IMG/VR virus record: IMGVR_UViG_3300035145_001531
Length of the DNA stretch: 64,000 bases
Origin: an uncultured virus (IMG/VR IMGVR_UViG_3300035145_001531)
Taxonomy: Duplodnaviria > Heunggongvirae > Uroviricota > Caudoviricetes
Strand: one strand, 5' to 3'
How positions within the stretch are numbered: the first letter of the stretch is position 1; each line of letters opens with the position of its first letter. The position numbers and the translations under genes are program-made. Shown piece by piece: positions 1-8,157 of the stretch. The notes below the pieces were generated by a model. It saw nothing but the letters and a program-made list of their open reading frames with translations, searched no databases and was not told the origin of the DNA.

Positions 1-1
1 A

Positions 2-802
2 CTTCTATCTAAAGTAAACCTTATTATTACACCATCCCGCTGGGCTACCATATCTATTGTTGATAACATTTTAATACCTTATGGTGAGGTTTTACATGAA
101 TATGGTGGGGATCCTAAATCGACATATATTCCAAATGGAATTAACTTAAGTAGTTTCAAAGCAAACGTACCAAAAGATCCCAATAAATTTATATGGTCTT
201 CTGCTGTTGATAGGGGTTTATCAAGACTATTAACGGAGTGGCCTAGAATTAAAGAGGTCATGCCAGAAGCTACACTTGATGTTTATTACCCGGAGTATTC
301 AAATCCACATGCTGATAATAGCTGGAATAATATTGAAGGCATTCAAACTCTATTAGAAACATATAAAGATTTAGGAGTGACTGATATGGGCTCTGTTTCT
401 CAATCAGAGTTACACATGGCTATGATGAAAGCTACATATTGGATGTACTTGACCAGATACGATGAGACTTTCTGTATCACTGCATTAGAGATGATGGCCG
501 CCGGCGTTCTGCCTATTTGCTCAAACCATGCTGCTCTAAAAGAACTAGTGGTAGATGGTGTGGTCTTAGAGTCTGATGAATATGAAACAATGTATCAACA
601 GGCAATAGAAATATTACCGGTTTTGAACAGAGAAATAATTCAAATGGCAACTAACTCTGCAAAGGAAAGAGCCAAGACATATACTTGGGATATTGCTACA
701 CATTTGTGGCATGATCTGATACAAAGTAAATTGGTTTTAAATCTAAAAGAGTGTAAACCGTGTGAAGAAGAGAGAATGAGAAAACTACAAGTTAAGTTAT
801 GA
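2..802 (+). CDS. GT-B (GT4-like) glycosyltransferase, 5'-partial
   Basis: The frame of ORF 260..802 is open back to the window edge (IPNGINL..KFIWSSAVDRGL). It has the GT4 motif ETFCITALEMMAAGVLPI and a C-terminal YTWD..W. Confidence 0.85.
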   Translation, partial: LLSKVNLIITPSRWATISIVDNILIPYGEVLHEYGGDPKSTYIPNGINLSSFKANVPKDPNKFIWSSAVDRGLSRLLTEWPRIKEVMPEATLDVYYPEYSNPHADNSWNNIEGIQTLLETYKDLGVTDMGSVSQSELHMAMMKATYWMYLTRYDETFCITALEMMAAGVLPICSNHAALKELVVDGVVLESDEYETMYQQAIEILPVLNREIIQMATNSAKERAKTYTWDIATHLWHDLIQSKLVLNLKECKPCEEERMRKLQVKL

Positions 803-2178
803 AAATAAACAAAATTTGGGTTATTAGCTTAAATGCTACAGATCCTAAAACACAGAAAGAAATTGCAGATAGATTAAACCAGTGTGATTTTACACAGGGT
901 ACTCACTTTGAAATTCTACAAGCATTCGATGGTAGAGATGGTGCAGTTGCAGAAGGTTACAAACCTTATCTAGGGTGGCAGGTAGCTCAAGATAATCCAC
1001 ACAGTTGGAATGACTGGTGGACAAGGCCAGTACTTCCTGGTGAAATGGGATGTGCAACTTCACATAGAATGGTTTGGGAAAAGATCGCTCTACAGGGCGT
1101 TGATAATGTTTTAATTTTAGAAGATGATTTTTTATGTAATAATTCTATAGCTAGCCTACCTGAACCTCCAAATGAAGATTGGGATATTGCACTGTTAGGT
1201 AGAGATAAAATAGAGGCTGATGTTGAAGAAGAATCATTAGACGCAACATGGGAAAAGCCTAGACATTTCTATAACCTACATGCATACGTTCTTAATAAGG
1301 CGTTTGTAGCAAATATGTTACTATCAGGCGGTCTAAAAGAAAATGTAATTCCAGTAGATGAATATGTTAGCGCACTAGGCTATGAACATAGAAGAGGTGA
1401 TATTGTAAACTTATTTCCTCCGGCATTGAATATTATAGCAACTAAGGATCTTTCCTATGTACAACAGAGGAGACCACATAAAGAGTCTAGTATTGAAAAT
1501 GTTAGACCTGGTATAATTGAACTAAATCAAACCAACATGGAACAAAATAATCAACAAGAACCATACTTCGAAATCTTAGATGACTCTGATTGGGAAGCTT
1601 GGAAATTAAAATACTTAAACTTATCAATGGTTAAACATGAGTTTGAGTTGATGGTAACTGATAGAGGAGATAATGTATATGAATTCCCACTCTTTACTCC
1701 TAAATTCTGTAAAGAGGCCGTGGCTTTAGCTAATGCTAAAGATGAGTGGACTATTGATCGCCATGAATTTTATCCAACCAATGACGTACTTTTACACGAG
1801 ATCGGTTTAGATGCTATCTATAATAGAGTGTTAGATGAAGTAGTTAGACCGCTTGCAATTCACCTATGGAACCTAGAGGGTAAATCTTGGGATGCATTCT
1901 CTAATGAAAACTTCATGGCAAGATACACTACAGATAGACAATCACACCTTTCACTACACCATGATAGAAGCCACTTAACGATGGTTATTAAATTAAATGA
2001 TGAATTTAGTGGAGGTGGAACTTGGTTCCCACAGTATCAAAAACTATCTAATCCAACGGAAATAGGAACTGCAGTTCTACACCCTGGGATGATTACACAT
2101 AGACATGGAGCTCGACCTATTACCATGGGTAAAAGATATATCATAGTATCATTTATTCGATCACACTTAGAGCCTTAA
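799..2178 (+). CDS. Fusion of GT25-family glycosyltransferase and PLOD-like 2OG-Fe(II) lysyl hydroxylase domain
   Basis: The N-half has GT25 motifs (GEMGCATSH..VW, LILEDD, HAYVL, PVDEY). The C-half has VYEFPLFTPKFC, YPTND, NFMARY, LSLHHD, FSGGGTWF, HPGMITHRHG and GKRYIIVSF, in the order of the procollagen lysyl hydroxylase catalytic domain. Confidence 0.85.
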   Translation: MKINKIWVISLNATDPKTQKEIADRLNQCDFTQGTHFEILQAFDGRDGAVAEGYKPYLGWQVAQDNPHSWNDWWTRPVLPGEMGCATSHRMVWEKIALQGVDNVLILEDDFLCNNSIASLPEPPNEDWDIALLGRDKIEADVEEESLDATWEKPRHFYNLHAYVLNKAFVANMLLSGGLKENVIPVDEYVSALGYEHRRGDIVNLFPPALNIIATKDLSYVQQRRPHKESSIENVRPGIIELNQTNMEQNNQQEPYFEILDDSDWEAWKLKYLNLSMVKHEFELMVTDRGDNVYEFPLFTPKFCKEAVALANAKDEWTIDRHEFYPTNDVLLHEIGLDAIYNRVLDEVVRPLAIHLWNLEGKSWDAFSNENFMARYTTDRQSHLSLHHDRSHLTMVIKLNDEFSGGGTWFPQYQKLSNPTEIGTAVLHPGMITHRHGARPITMGKRYIIVSFIRSHLEP

Positions 2179-2190
2179 TAAACAATAAAC

Positions 2191-2619
2191 ATGAAAAAAG
2201 AAATTAAATTTAACGAACTCAGAGGAGATGACGGACACCTGGTCTCCCCAGTTTTAAATAACGGGTGTAAGAACTATTTAATCGACATCGACGGCACGAT
2301 TACAGATGATGTACCAAATGAAGAGCCCGAAAGAATGTCAGTAGTTCTACCTTATGATGGTGCGAAAGAAACTCTAAATGGATGGTATGACGAAGGACAT
2401 GTCATCACATTCTTTACTTCTAGAACTGAGGCGGTTCGAGATATAACAGAAGCTTGGTTAAATAAGCATGGATTTAAATACCATGGTTTGCTAATGGGTA
2501 AACCTAGAGGTGGTAATTATCACTGGGTAGATAATCATATTGTTAAAGCTACTAGATACGAAGGTAAGTGGGCAGAATTAGTAGAAGAGAAAAGAACAAT
2601 AGAAGTATTCCCATCCTAA
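2191..2619 (+). CDS. Small HAD-superfamily phosphatase
   Basis: DIDGT motif I, FFTSR motif II, MGKP and VDN. Confidence 0.8.
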   Translation: MKKEIKFNELRGDDGHLVSPVLNNGCKNYLIDIDGTITDDVPNEEPERMSVVLPYDGAKETLNGWYDEGHVITFFTSRTEAVRDITEAWLNKHGFKYHGLLMGKPRGGNYHWVDNHIVKATRYEGKWAELVEEKRTIEVFPS

Positions 2620-2626
2620 AGCCATA

Positions 2627-2634
2627 GATATATA
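2627..2634 (+). promoter_or_regulatory. Putative late promoter octamer GATATATA (representative copy)
   Basis: GATATATA recurs at 5738, 5828, 16503, 19287, 28174, 37732, 39073, 46387, 52729 and 60676. Variants are GATAAATA at 17857 and 37350 and GATAGATA at 32371. Copies lie upstream of genes, many structural, and resemble the T4 late promoter TATAAATA. Confidence 0.65.
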
Positions 2635-2638
2635 ATCT

Positions 2639-3574
2639 ATGTTGATTAAAGATTTTCAAACGTTTCTTAACGAACGCAATAATGGCCTGCACAAAGTTAT
2701 TATGTGTGTTTCATCGGAGTTATCAGACTTTAAGTATGTAACTGGCGATGCACATACAGCATATACTAGACAGTACATGGAATTGTTTACAAAGGGTAGT
2801 GAGCCTAAGGTAGCCGACTTACCTGTAATTAATTTCTGTAATATCCATACTCGTAGACTATTAGATGCTGGAACACCAAAGGAACTAATCTATAATCCTG
2901 AAGAGGAGAAGATGAAAATCGCATCAAAGGTAAAGTGGCATACTACACATAAAGAGTCTAACCACGTACCTAAAACAGTACTTAAAGCTGAAGAGATCAA
3001 CCAACTTAAATTTCCTATTATTGCCAAACCAGAGAACAGATACTCAGGGCAAGGTATTCAGAAGTTTGACACGTTAGAAGATGCAAAGAAGGAAGATCTA
3101 ACTCAGTTTGAAGTCTTTAGCGAGAAGATAGACATCGCTGAAGAGCACAGAATTATGATGTGGAGAGGAGAGCCTCAGATGTGGGTACATAGAATACCTG
3201 CTGACGACAAGACCAAGAACATGGATAAGTCGACAGATGAGAAGCTCAAATTTAACTACGTCTTAAAGAAAGTAGAAGACATTCCTGAAGAGTGGCATCC
3301 TGTGTTTAAAGAGTTTTCTGACAAACACAAATCACTAGACATTTACTCAGTAGATCTAATGATTGATACTGATGGAAAACCATGGGTAGTAGAGATGTCA
3401 TCAGAGTTTGCACCTCTATATGGGGTGATGGCATTCTTCTATAAAAAGGTCTATCAAGATTATTATGATAAAAAATTACATCCTAGCGATGAAGCGCAGA
3501 TAGATATGTACCAGAAAAAAGATATTGAAGGTACAATCAAAACCGATAGAAAAAGATTTTCAGTAGAAGAGTAA
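2639..3574 (+). CDS. ATP-grasp (RimK-like) ligase with N-terminal capsid-targeting-like peptide
   Basis: HVPKT, FPIIAKP...SGQGI, EKID..EEHRI and SVDLMID..GKPWVVEMSS. The N-terminus is MLIKDFQTFLNE. Confidence 0.75.
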   Translation: MLIKDFQTFLNERNNGLHKVIMCVSSELSDFKYVTGDAHTAYTRQYMELFTKGSEPKVADLPVINFCNIHTRRLLDAGTPKELIYNPEEEKMKIASKVKWHTTHKESNHVPKTVLKAEEINQLKFPIIAKPENRYSGQGIQKFDTLEDAKKEDLTQFEVFSEKIDIAEEHRIMMWRGEPQMWVHRIPADDKTKNMDKSTDEKLKFNYVLKKVEDIPEEWHPVFKEFSDKHKSLDIYSVDLMIDTDGKPWVVEMSSEFAPLYGVMAFFYKKVYQDYYDKKLHPSDEAQIDMYQKKDIEGTIKTDRKRFSVEE

Positions 3575-3813
3575 TGGGAAAGCCAAACTACCACTGCATG
3601 CACATTAACATCTGGGTCCACCACATGGACATAGATCCACTATTTGATTTTTTGAATGGTAGGATTAAAGAAGCGCCGGACTGGTATCTGAGCGAGTCTA
3701 AATGCCCAGCATCAATTACCGGTGGTTATGTTAGTGTGGCTCTTTCTTTTGAATCTTATTCTATGTTATCCTCTCTAAAAGATTGGGAAGCTTCAGCGGG
3801 TTGGATGATTTAA
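3574..3813 (+). CDS. Hypothetical protein
   Basis: ORF coupled to the upstream stop (TAATG). Confidence 0.6.
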   Translation: MGKPNYHCMHINIWVHHMDIDPLFDFLNGRIKEAPDWYLSESKCPASITGGYVSVALSFESYSMLSSLKDWEASAGWMI

Positions 3814-3823
3814 ACCACAAATT

Positions 3824-3928
3824 ATGAAGAAAGATGACAAAAAAGATTATCTATTAAACTACAAAGGCAGAAAGTTTAAAGCCAATACGTTTATCGGGTT
3901 AATCTGGAAGTTTATTAGAAACAAATAA
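3824..3928 (+). CDS. Small basic hypothetical protein (34 aa)
   Basis: Manual translation gives MKKDDKKDYLLNYKGRKFKANTFIGLIWKFIRNK. It fills the gap before the terminator. Confidence 0.5.
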   Translation: MKKDDKKDYLLNYKGRKFKANTFIGLIWKFIRNK

Positions 3929-3946
3929 AACTTCGATCGTATAAAG

Positions 3947-3975
3947 ACCGTCTAGGGGAACCTAGGCGGTTTTTT
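3947..3975 (+). terminator. Rho-independent terminator
   Basis: ACCGTCTAGG-GGAA-CCTAGGCGGT stem (one G-U pair) followed by a T run. Confidence 0.8.
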
Positions 3976-3998
3976 AGTTTAAAAGGTAATTTAAAGAT

Positions 3999-4745
3999 AT
4001 GTACACGTTAGACGAATTAAAGCAAATGATTTTTATCGACATTGAGACCGCAACTCAAAAAGAGACGTTTCAAGAGGTTATCGATGAAAACCCAGAATTA
4101 GAACAATACTGGGATTTAAAGACTATGCAGCTGGTTCAAAAGAATCCGGTTGAATTAGCAGACTACTCAGACCCACATAAAATGTGGCCTCGTATGGCTG
4201 GATTAAATCCAGAATGGGGTAGAATTGTTTGTATTTCCGTTGGTCAACTCCAGTTTGATGAAACCGGTTTTCCTAATGGATTTAAAGCTGTATCATTTAA
4301 TGGTACAGATGAAAAGAAAATCTTAAAGGACTTCTTGGAAATGTCGTCTAAGATTATGCAAAAATATCCTGCCATGAAATGGGTAGGTCATTTCATTAAA
4401 GGGTTTGACTTACCCTATATTATTAAGAGGTCATTGATTAATGGCGTCGCTGTACCTTCACATTTCCATCTACATAAACAAAAGCCTTGGGAAAACTGCT
4501 TACTTGATACTAAAGAGGTGTGGCAATTCGGTGGATGGGACTCAGCTAAACTAGGTCTTATCTCAGAGGTTCTAGGCATTCCTTCACCGAAAGACGCAAT
4601 GTCAGGTTCTGAAGTTTCAGAATATTATTGGGATGGTCGACATGATGAGATCAAAACTTACTGCGAGAAAGACATCAAGGCAACTGCAGAAATTATCCTT
4701 AGAATCGCAGGCCTACCAAAATTGTCATACGACGCTCCGTTTTAG
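3999..4745 (+). CDS. DnaQ/PolB-like 3'-5' exonuclease
   Basis: ExoI DIET, ExoII GHFIKGFDLPYI, ExoIII YCEKD. Confidence 0.85.
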   Translation: MYTLDELKQMIFIDIETATQKETFQEVIDENPELEQYWDLKTMQLVQKNPVELADYSDPHKMWPRMAGLNPEWGRIVCISVGQLQFDETGFPNGFKAVSFNGTDEKKILKDFLEMSSKIMQKYPAMKWVGHFIKGFDLPYIIKRSLINGVAVPSHFHLHKQKPWENCLLDTKEVWQFGGWDSAKLGLISEVLGIPSPKDAMSGSEVSEYYWDGRHDEIKTYCEKDIKATAEIILRIAGLPKLSYDAPF

Positions 4746-4786
4746 TGACAAAATGTCATAAAAACCACTTTGGCATACATTTTTCA
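4746..4786 (+). promoter_or_regulatory. Palindrome TGACA-N3-TGTCA plus sigma54-like TGGCA element upstream of Hsp20
   Basis: Perfect inverted repeat at 4746-4758. TTGGCATACATTTTTCA at 4770-4786 has a canonical -24 element and a non-canonical -12. Confidence 0.4.
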
Positions 4787-4837
4787 CTATAGTTAACGTG
4801 CAATGGTGCACACCAAACTAAAACAAATTAATACATT

Positions 4838-5212
4838 ATGTACTTAACAAATCTTTCTAAATTAGCAAACGACTCTTTTGATGGAGTCTTCGATTCATTT
4901 TTTAACTTTCCTCATACTAGAAGCGAGTGGGACACATTAGGTATCTTAGGCCCAGAATATAAAGTGGGTGATAACACTCTAATGGTCAGCTTGCCAGGTT
5001 TTAGTAAGAAGGATATTAACATTGAGGTAGATGGTCAAATTCTGACTATCAGTTCAGAAAAAGAAGATGTTGGTTTTGTAAAGGCCTTTACTAAGAAGTT
5101 TAGATTACCTAATAACATTGATATGGATTCTCTATCTGCAACAATGAAAGACGGTATCTTAACCTTAGAGTTTAACAAGGCAGACAACACGAAGAAGATC
5201 TCGATCAAATAA
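4838..5212 (+). CDS. Small heat-shock protein (Hsp20/alpha-crystallin)
   Basis: LPGFSKKDINIEV..ILTI, F.KKFRLP and ATMKDGILTL. Confidence 0.92.
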   Translation: MYLTNLSKLANDSFDGVFDSFFNFPHTRSEWDTLGILGPEYKVGDNTLMVSLPGFSKKDINIEVDGQILTISSEKEDVGFVKAFTKKFRLPNNIDMDSLSATMKDGILTLEFNKADNTKKISIK

Positions 5213-5226
5213 TCGAGATTTTCTTC

Positions 5227-5289
5227 AAAATAATTGCCTCTAGATTTTTTTATGTCAGATATTTTTCGTATATTAGTACTGTAATTAAA
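5227..5289 (+). promoter_or_regulatory. Conserved ~60 bp intergenic repeat, putative early promoter (copy 1)
   Basis: AAAATAATTGCCTCTAGATTTTTTTATGTCAG-N-TATATTAGTACTGTAATTAAA. Near-identical copies lie at 12142, 12691 and 37261 (minus strand), and a partial copy at 10961. Confidence 0.75.
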
Positions 5290-5303
5290 ACCTAATAACA
5301 ATT

Positions 5304-5435
5304 ATGTACGAAATTTATTACGACTCAACTTATGGCCGCGAAGTAATTGACACAGCAGAGACTGTAGCAGAAGCGGAGTACTTGGTACACGAGTACAAAT
5401 TAGCATTCAAATCTGATAACATCACATACTGTTAA
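5304..5435 (+). CDS. Small hypothetical protein (43 aa)
   Basis: Manual translation gives MYEIYYDSTYGREVIDTAETVAEAEYLVHEYKLAFKSDNITYC, directly after the repeat promoter. Confidence 0.65.
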   Translation: MYEIYYDSTYGREVIDTAETVAEAEYLVHEYKLAFKSDNITYC

Positions 5436-5438
5436 AAT

Positions 5439-5738
5439 ATGATTGGAGACGACTTTAATATCGACGATTACCTAAATGACCCGGACTTCGAACGAAAGAT
5501 GGAAGACTATCGGGAGCGCATGATTCATGAAGCTGTAGAACACAACTACGAGAACATGGCCAAGAACGGAATCTCTGACTGGCACGTTCGCCACATGAAT
5601 AAAGAGGAAATGACTCAACTTAAAGAAACTCTTCAATTCATGACAAAATACTATATTGATCTAGAGCACTATGAGAAGTGTATTTTACTGAAATCTGAGC
5701 TGGAAAAGGTAGAAAACATTTTAGATCGAGTCTCTTAG
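5439..5738 (+). CDS. Hypothetical protein with C-terminal UVR-like motif
   Basis: YYIDLEHYEKCILLK, shared with the proteins at 7602 and 8158. Confidence 0.7.
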   Translation: MIGDDFNIDDYLNDPDFERKMEDYRERMIHEAVEHNYENMAKNGISDWHVRHMNKEEMTQLKETLQFMTKYYIDLEHYEKCILLKSELEKVENILDRVS

Positions 5739-5745
5739 ATATATA

Positions 5746-5824
5746 CAATAACGTATCATCACAACGATGGTGCGGGCCCCCGAAATAAACCCGTAGGAAA
5801 TCTAGTATTTCCGCGGGTTTTTTT
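5746..5824 (+). ncRNA. Candidate small structured RNA
   Basis: GATATATA at 5738, hairpin at 5752-5774, terminator hairpin plus T run at 5787-5824, and no ORF. The next gene has its own GATATATA at 5828. Confidence 0.4.
5787..5824 (+). terminator. Rho-independent terminator
   Basis: AAACCCGTAGGAAA...TTTCCGCGGGTTT stem followed by a T run. Confidence 0.75.
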
Positions 5825-5839
5825 ATTGATATATAATCT

Positions 5840-6283
5840 ATGAAATATATTCAACCATACCACAGATTTTTAAACGAGAAAGTCGAAATGGCGTACTCTA
5901 CTATCAACGGTAAGAAGATAGAGTCTTCTTGGGCTGGTAGTGCAGATAACCTAAATGACTTTATTAAGCTAATTGAAAATGCACCAGAAACCTTAGAATA
6001 TATCAAGGTAACTAGTAGCACTTCTTCATTTGCACCTGACAGTGAGAAGTTTAAAGGACCTATCAATTCATCTAAGAAAAGGCAGATCATTAAGATAGTT
6101 AAAGAGATGGAAAAAGAGTTTAAGAAGAAGGGCGACGCAATTACTTCTTATAGGTTGAATTCTTATTATGGTGCTGGTGGTAGAAACCACGAACAAGACC
6201 CTGCATATATTGACTACAGAACAAAGGCAATTGACCAATTTAGTAAAGATATGTCTTCTGGTAAATATGGTAGTTTAGACTAG
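5840..6283 (+). CDS. Hypothetical protein, capsid-targeting-like N-terminus
   Basis: Starts MKYIQPYHRFLNE, with GATATATA 4 nt before the ATG. Confidence 0.7.
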   Translation: MKYIQPYHRFLNEKVEMAYSTINGKKIESSWAGSADNLNDFIKLIENAPETLEYIKVTSSTSSFAPDSEKFKGPINSSKKRQIIKIVKEMEKEFKKKGDAITSYRLNSYYGAGGRNHEQDPAYIDYRTKAIDQFSKDMSSGKYGSLD

Positions 6284-6385
6284 TTATCATGAAGGAAGCT
6301 CCGATGGCATTAGCACACAACCCTACTGGCCACTTAATTAAAATATTGGTTGAAAGCCTCAAGAAGGTTTATACTTACAAAAGAG

Positions 6386-6658
6386 ATGAAACACATTAAA
6401 ACATTTGAAAACTTCGCTACTAATAATCCAGATCTAGAACGTATTAGAATGTTCGGTGGTACTGTAGAAGATATGCACTCTTGGCTTAGCCGTACACTAA
6501 AGGCACAGGGGATGGATGGTGAAACAAATCCATACAAGGACACTATAATGGTCAATGGACCCCATATTGGTCAGAAGGATAAGTCATTACCTTATCAAGA
6601 TTTTCAAAATGGAGAGTCAGATTTAATTAAGAACAGATATGGACGAAAAGACAGCTAA
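6386..6658 (+). CDS. Hypothetical protein, capsid-targeting-like N-terminus
   Basis: Likely start is ATG 6386, giving MKHIKTFENF. Confidence 0.7.
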   Translation: MKHIKTFENFATNNPDLERIRMFGGTVEDMHSWLSRTLKAQGMDGETNPYKDTIMVNGPHIGQKDKSLPYQDFQNGESDLIKNRYGRKDS

Positions 6659-6812
6659 AGAAATCGCAAAGCAATTAAAGAGAATTGCTGATGCAATGGA
6701 ATCGACAAATAAGCGCGAGACTCTATCAGAGAAGCGTAAAGCTAAATTAGAGTCTTTAGAGATTCGTGAGATTCGCAAAACAAATGTACAATCTAATTCT
6801 GAGAAAGAGTGA
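6639..6812 (+). CDS. Small charged coiled-coil protein (57 aa)
   Basis: Manual translation gives MDEKTAKEIAKQLKRIADAMES...SEKE. Its stop overlaps the DnaJ GTG start (GTGA). Confidence 0.6.
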   Translation: MDEKTAKEIAKQLKRIADAMESTNKRETLSEKRKAKLESLEIREIRKTNVQSNSEKE

Positions 6813-7609
6813 GCCACTATGCAACTTTAGGCGTAGATAAGACAGCAACTCAGTCAGAAATTAAGAAAGCTTATAGAAAACTTAGTATGCAGCACCACCC
6901 CGATCGAGGTGGCGATGAGAATAAGTTTAAAGAAATAGCAGACGCGTATGCTGTAGTTGGTGATGAACAGAAGCGCCAACAGTATGACGCTATGCAAGAA
7001 AATCCATTTGCTAATTTTGGCAACATGGGTGGAATGGAAGGCAACTTCTCAGATCTATTCAATCAATTCTTCGGCGCCCAGCGCCAACCATCAAGAGGCT
7101 CAGATCTTAGAGTCGACATGAACATCTCATTCGAAGAGGCATTTAGGGGATGTAGTAAAACATTTCAAATCAACGGTACTGAAGTTACTCTTAATTTAAA
7201 GGCCGGAGTAAAAAGTGGCCAAAAGTTTAGAATGGCAGGTAAGGGTCAACCGCATCCTTTCAACACTAACCTACCACCAGGAGATCTTATTGTTATTGTA
7301 CATGTGCAACTATCTTCTGATTTTATAGTTGATAATAGGAATGATATTTGGGTAGAATTTACTTTACCATGGTTTGAAATTATGTCAGGTACTAGAATCA
7401 CTATTAATACATTAGATGGTCCGATTTCTATTAATGTTCCTGAAGGCACTGCACCTGGAAAGGTGTTAAGAATCAAGCAAAAGGGTTGGCCAGATTACAA
7501 TACTCAATTACGTGGAAATTTAATGTGTAAATTAAATCCAAGCTATCCTGAACTAAATGAAGACCAATTAGAATATATAAAGAAAGTATACGAACACTAC
7601 AATGGATAG
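6809..7609 (+). CDS. dnaJ: DnaJ-family co-chaperone (class B, no zinc finger)
   Basis: J domain with HPD motif, G/F-rich linker and C-terminal substrate-binding domain (GKG..GDL). Confidence 0.93.
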   Translation: MSHYATLGVDKTATQSEIKKAYRKLSMQHHPDRGGDENKFKEIADAYAVVGDEQKRQQYDAMQENPFANFGNMGGMEGNFSDLFNQFFGAQRQPSRGSDLRVDMNISFEEAFRGCSKTFQINGTEVTLNLKAGVKSGQKFRMAGKGQPHPFNTNLPPGDLIVIVHVQLSSDFIVDNRNDIWVEFTLPWFEIMSGTRITINTLDGPISINVPEGTAPGKVLRIKQKGWPDYNTQLRGNLMCKLNPSYPELNEDQLEYIKKVYEHYNG

Positions 7610-7868
7610 TTTCTTTAAAAAAAATAATAGGTCAATGAGATCCAAGTGGGACATAATCATCGATGGATTAATGGTTAATGATAAGTCTAAATTCTTTTCA
7701 GCGTTATACCAAGCGATGGTTTCACATCCAGCCTATGTAATTCTTTCGGATATGCCGAAAGATCGTAAGTTAAGCATTTTGAGTAATATGTTATCGTATT
7801 ATGAAGAGAAGGAGGACTATGAGAAATGTGCTAAACTTCTAGAAATGCAACAACAAGTAAATAAGTAA
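7602..7868 (+). CDS. Hypothetical protein with UVR-like motif
   Basis: YYEEKEDYEKCAKL. Confidence 0.7.
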   Translation: MDSFFKKNNRSMRSKWDIIIDGLMVNDKSKFFSALYQAMVSHPAYVILSDMPKDRKLSILSNMLSYYEEKEDYEKCAKLLEMQQQVNK

Positions 7869-7870
7869 AT

Positions 7871-8071
7871 ATGTTAATAGTTAAACTAAATAAAAAAACC
7901 AATATAGAAAAAGCTCTTAAGCAGCTTAAATCTAAGGTTATCAAAACTAAGCAAAAAAGAAAGCTTAGAGATCTTCAACAACATACTAAACCTTCGGCAA
8001 AGAAAAGGCTTAAAATGCAAAAAGCCAAGTATATCCAAGCCCTTCGAACGAAAGAGCAACAAGACCGATAG
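7871..8071 (+). CDS. rpsU: Phage-encoded 30S ribosomal protein bS21
   Basis: 66 aa basic protein with NIEKALK.LK.K, KPS..KR and KAKYIQ. The Tyr falls at position 54, as in Bacteroidia bS21. Confidence 0.88.
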   Translation: MLIVKLNKKTNIEKALKQLKSKVIKTKQKRKLRDLQQHTKPSAKKRLKMQKAKYIQALRTKEQQDR

Positions 8072-8157
8072 GAATACCAGTATATTATACTAATAATTTT
8101 ATTAATAATTTTGCGCGCTATTGTGATTAACACAGGTGTGATTAAAAATATATAATC

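Noticed and set aside
2..2178. Eukaryotic or giant-virus (NCLDV) origin of the window, suggested by PLOD-like and GNA1-like genes
   Set aside because: The surrounding genes are myophage baseplate and neck genes, bacterial bS21/S1 and PhoH, with operon-style overlaps and intrinsic terminators.
8091..8157. Short direct repeats (TGTGATTAA x2, TAATAATTTT x2) upstream of ORF 8158
   Set aside because: They are short, AT-rich and seen only once, so they cannot be distinguished from chance.
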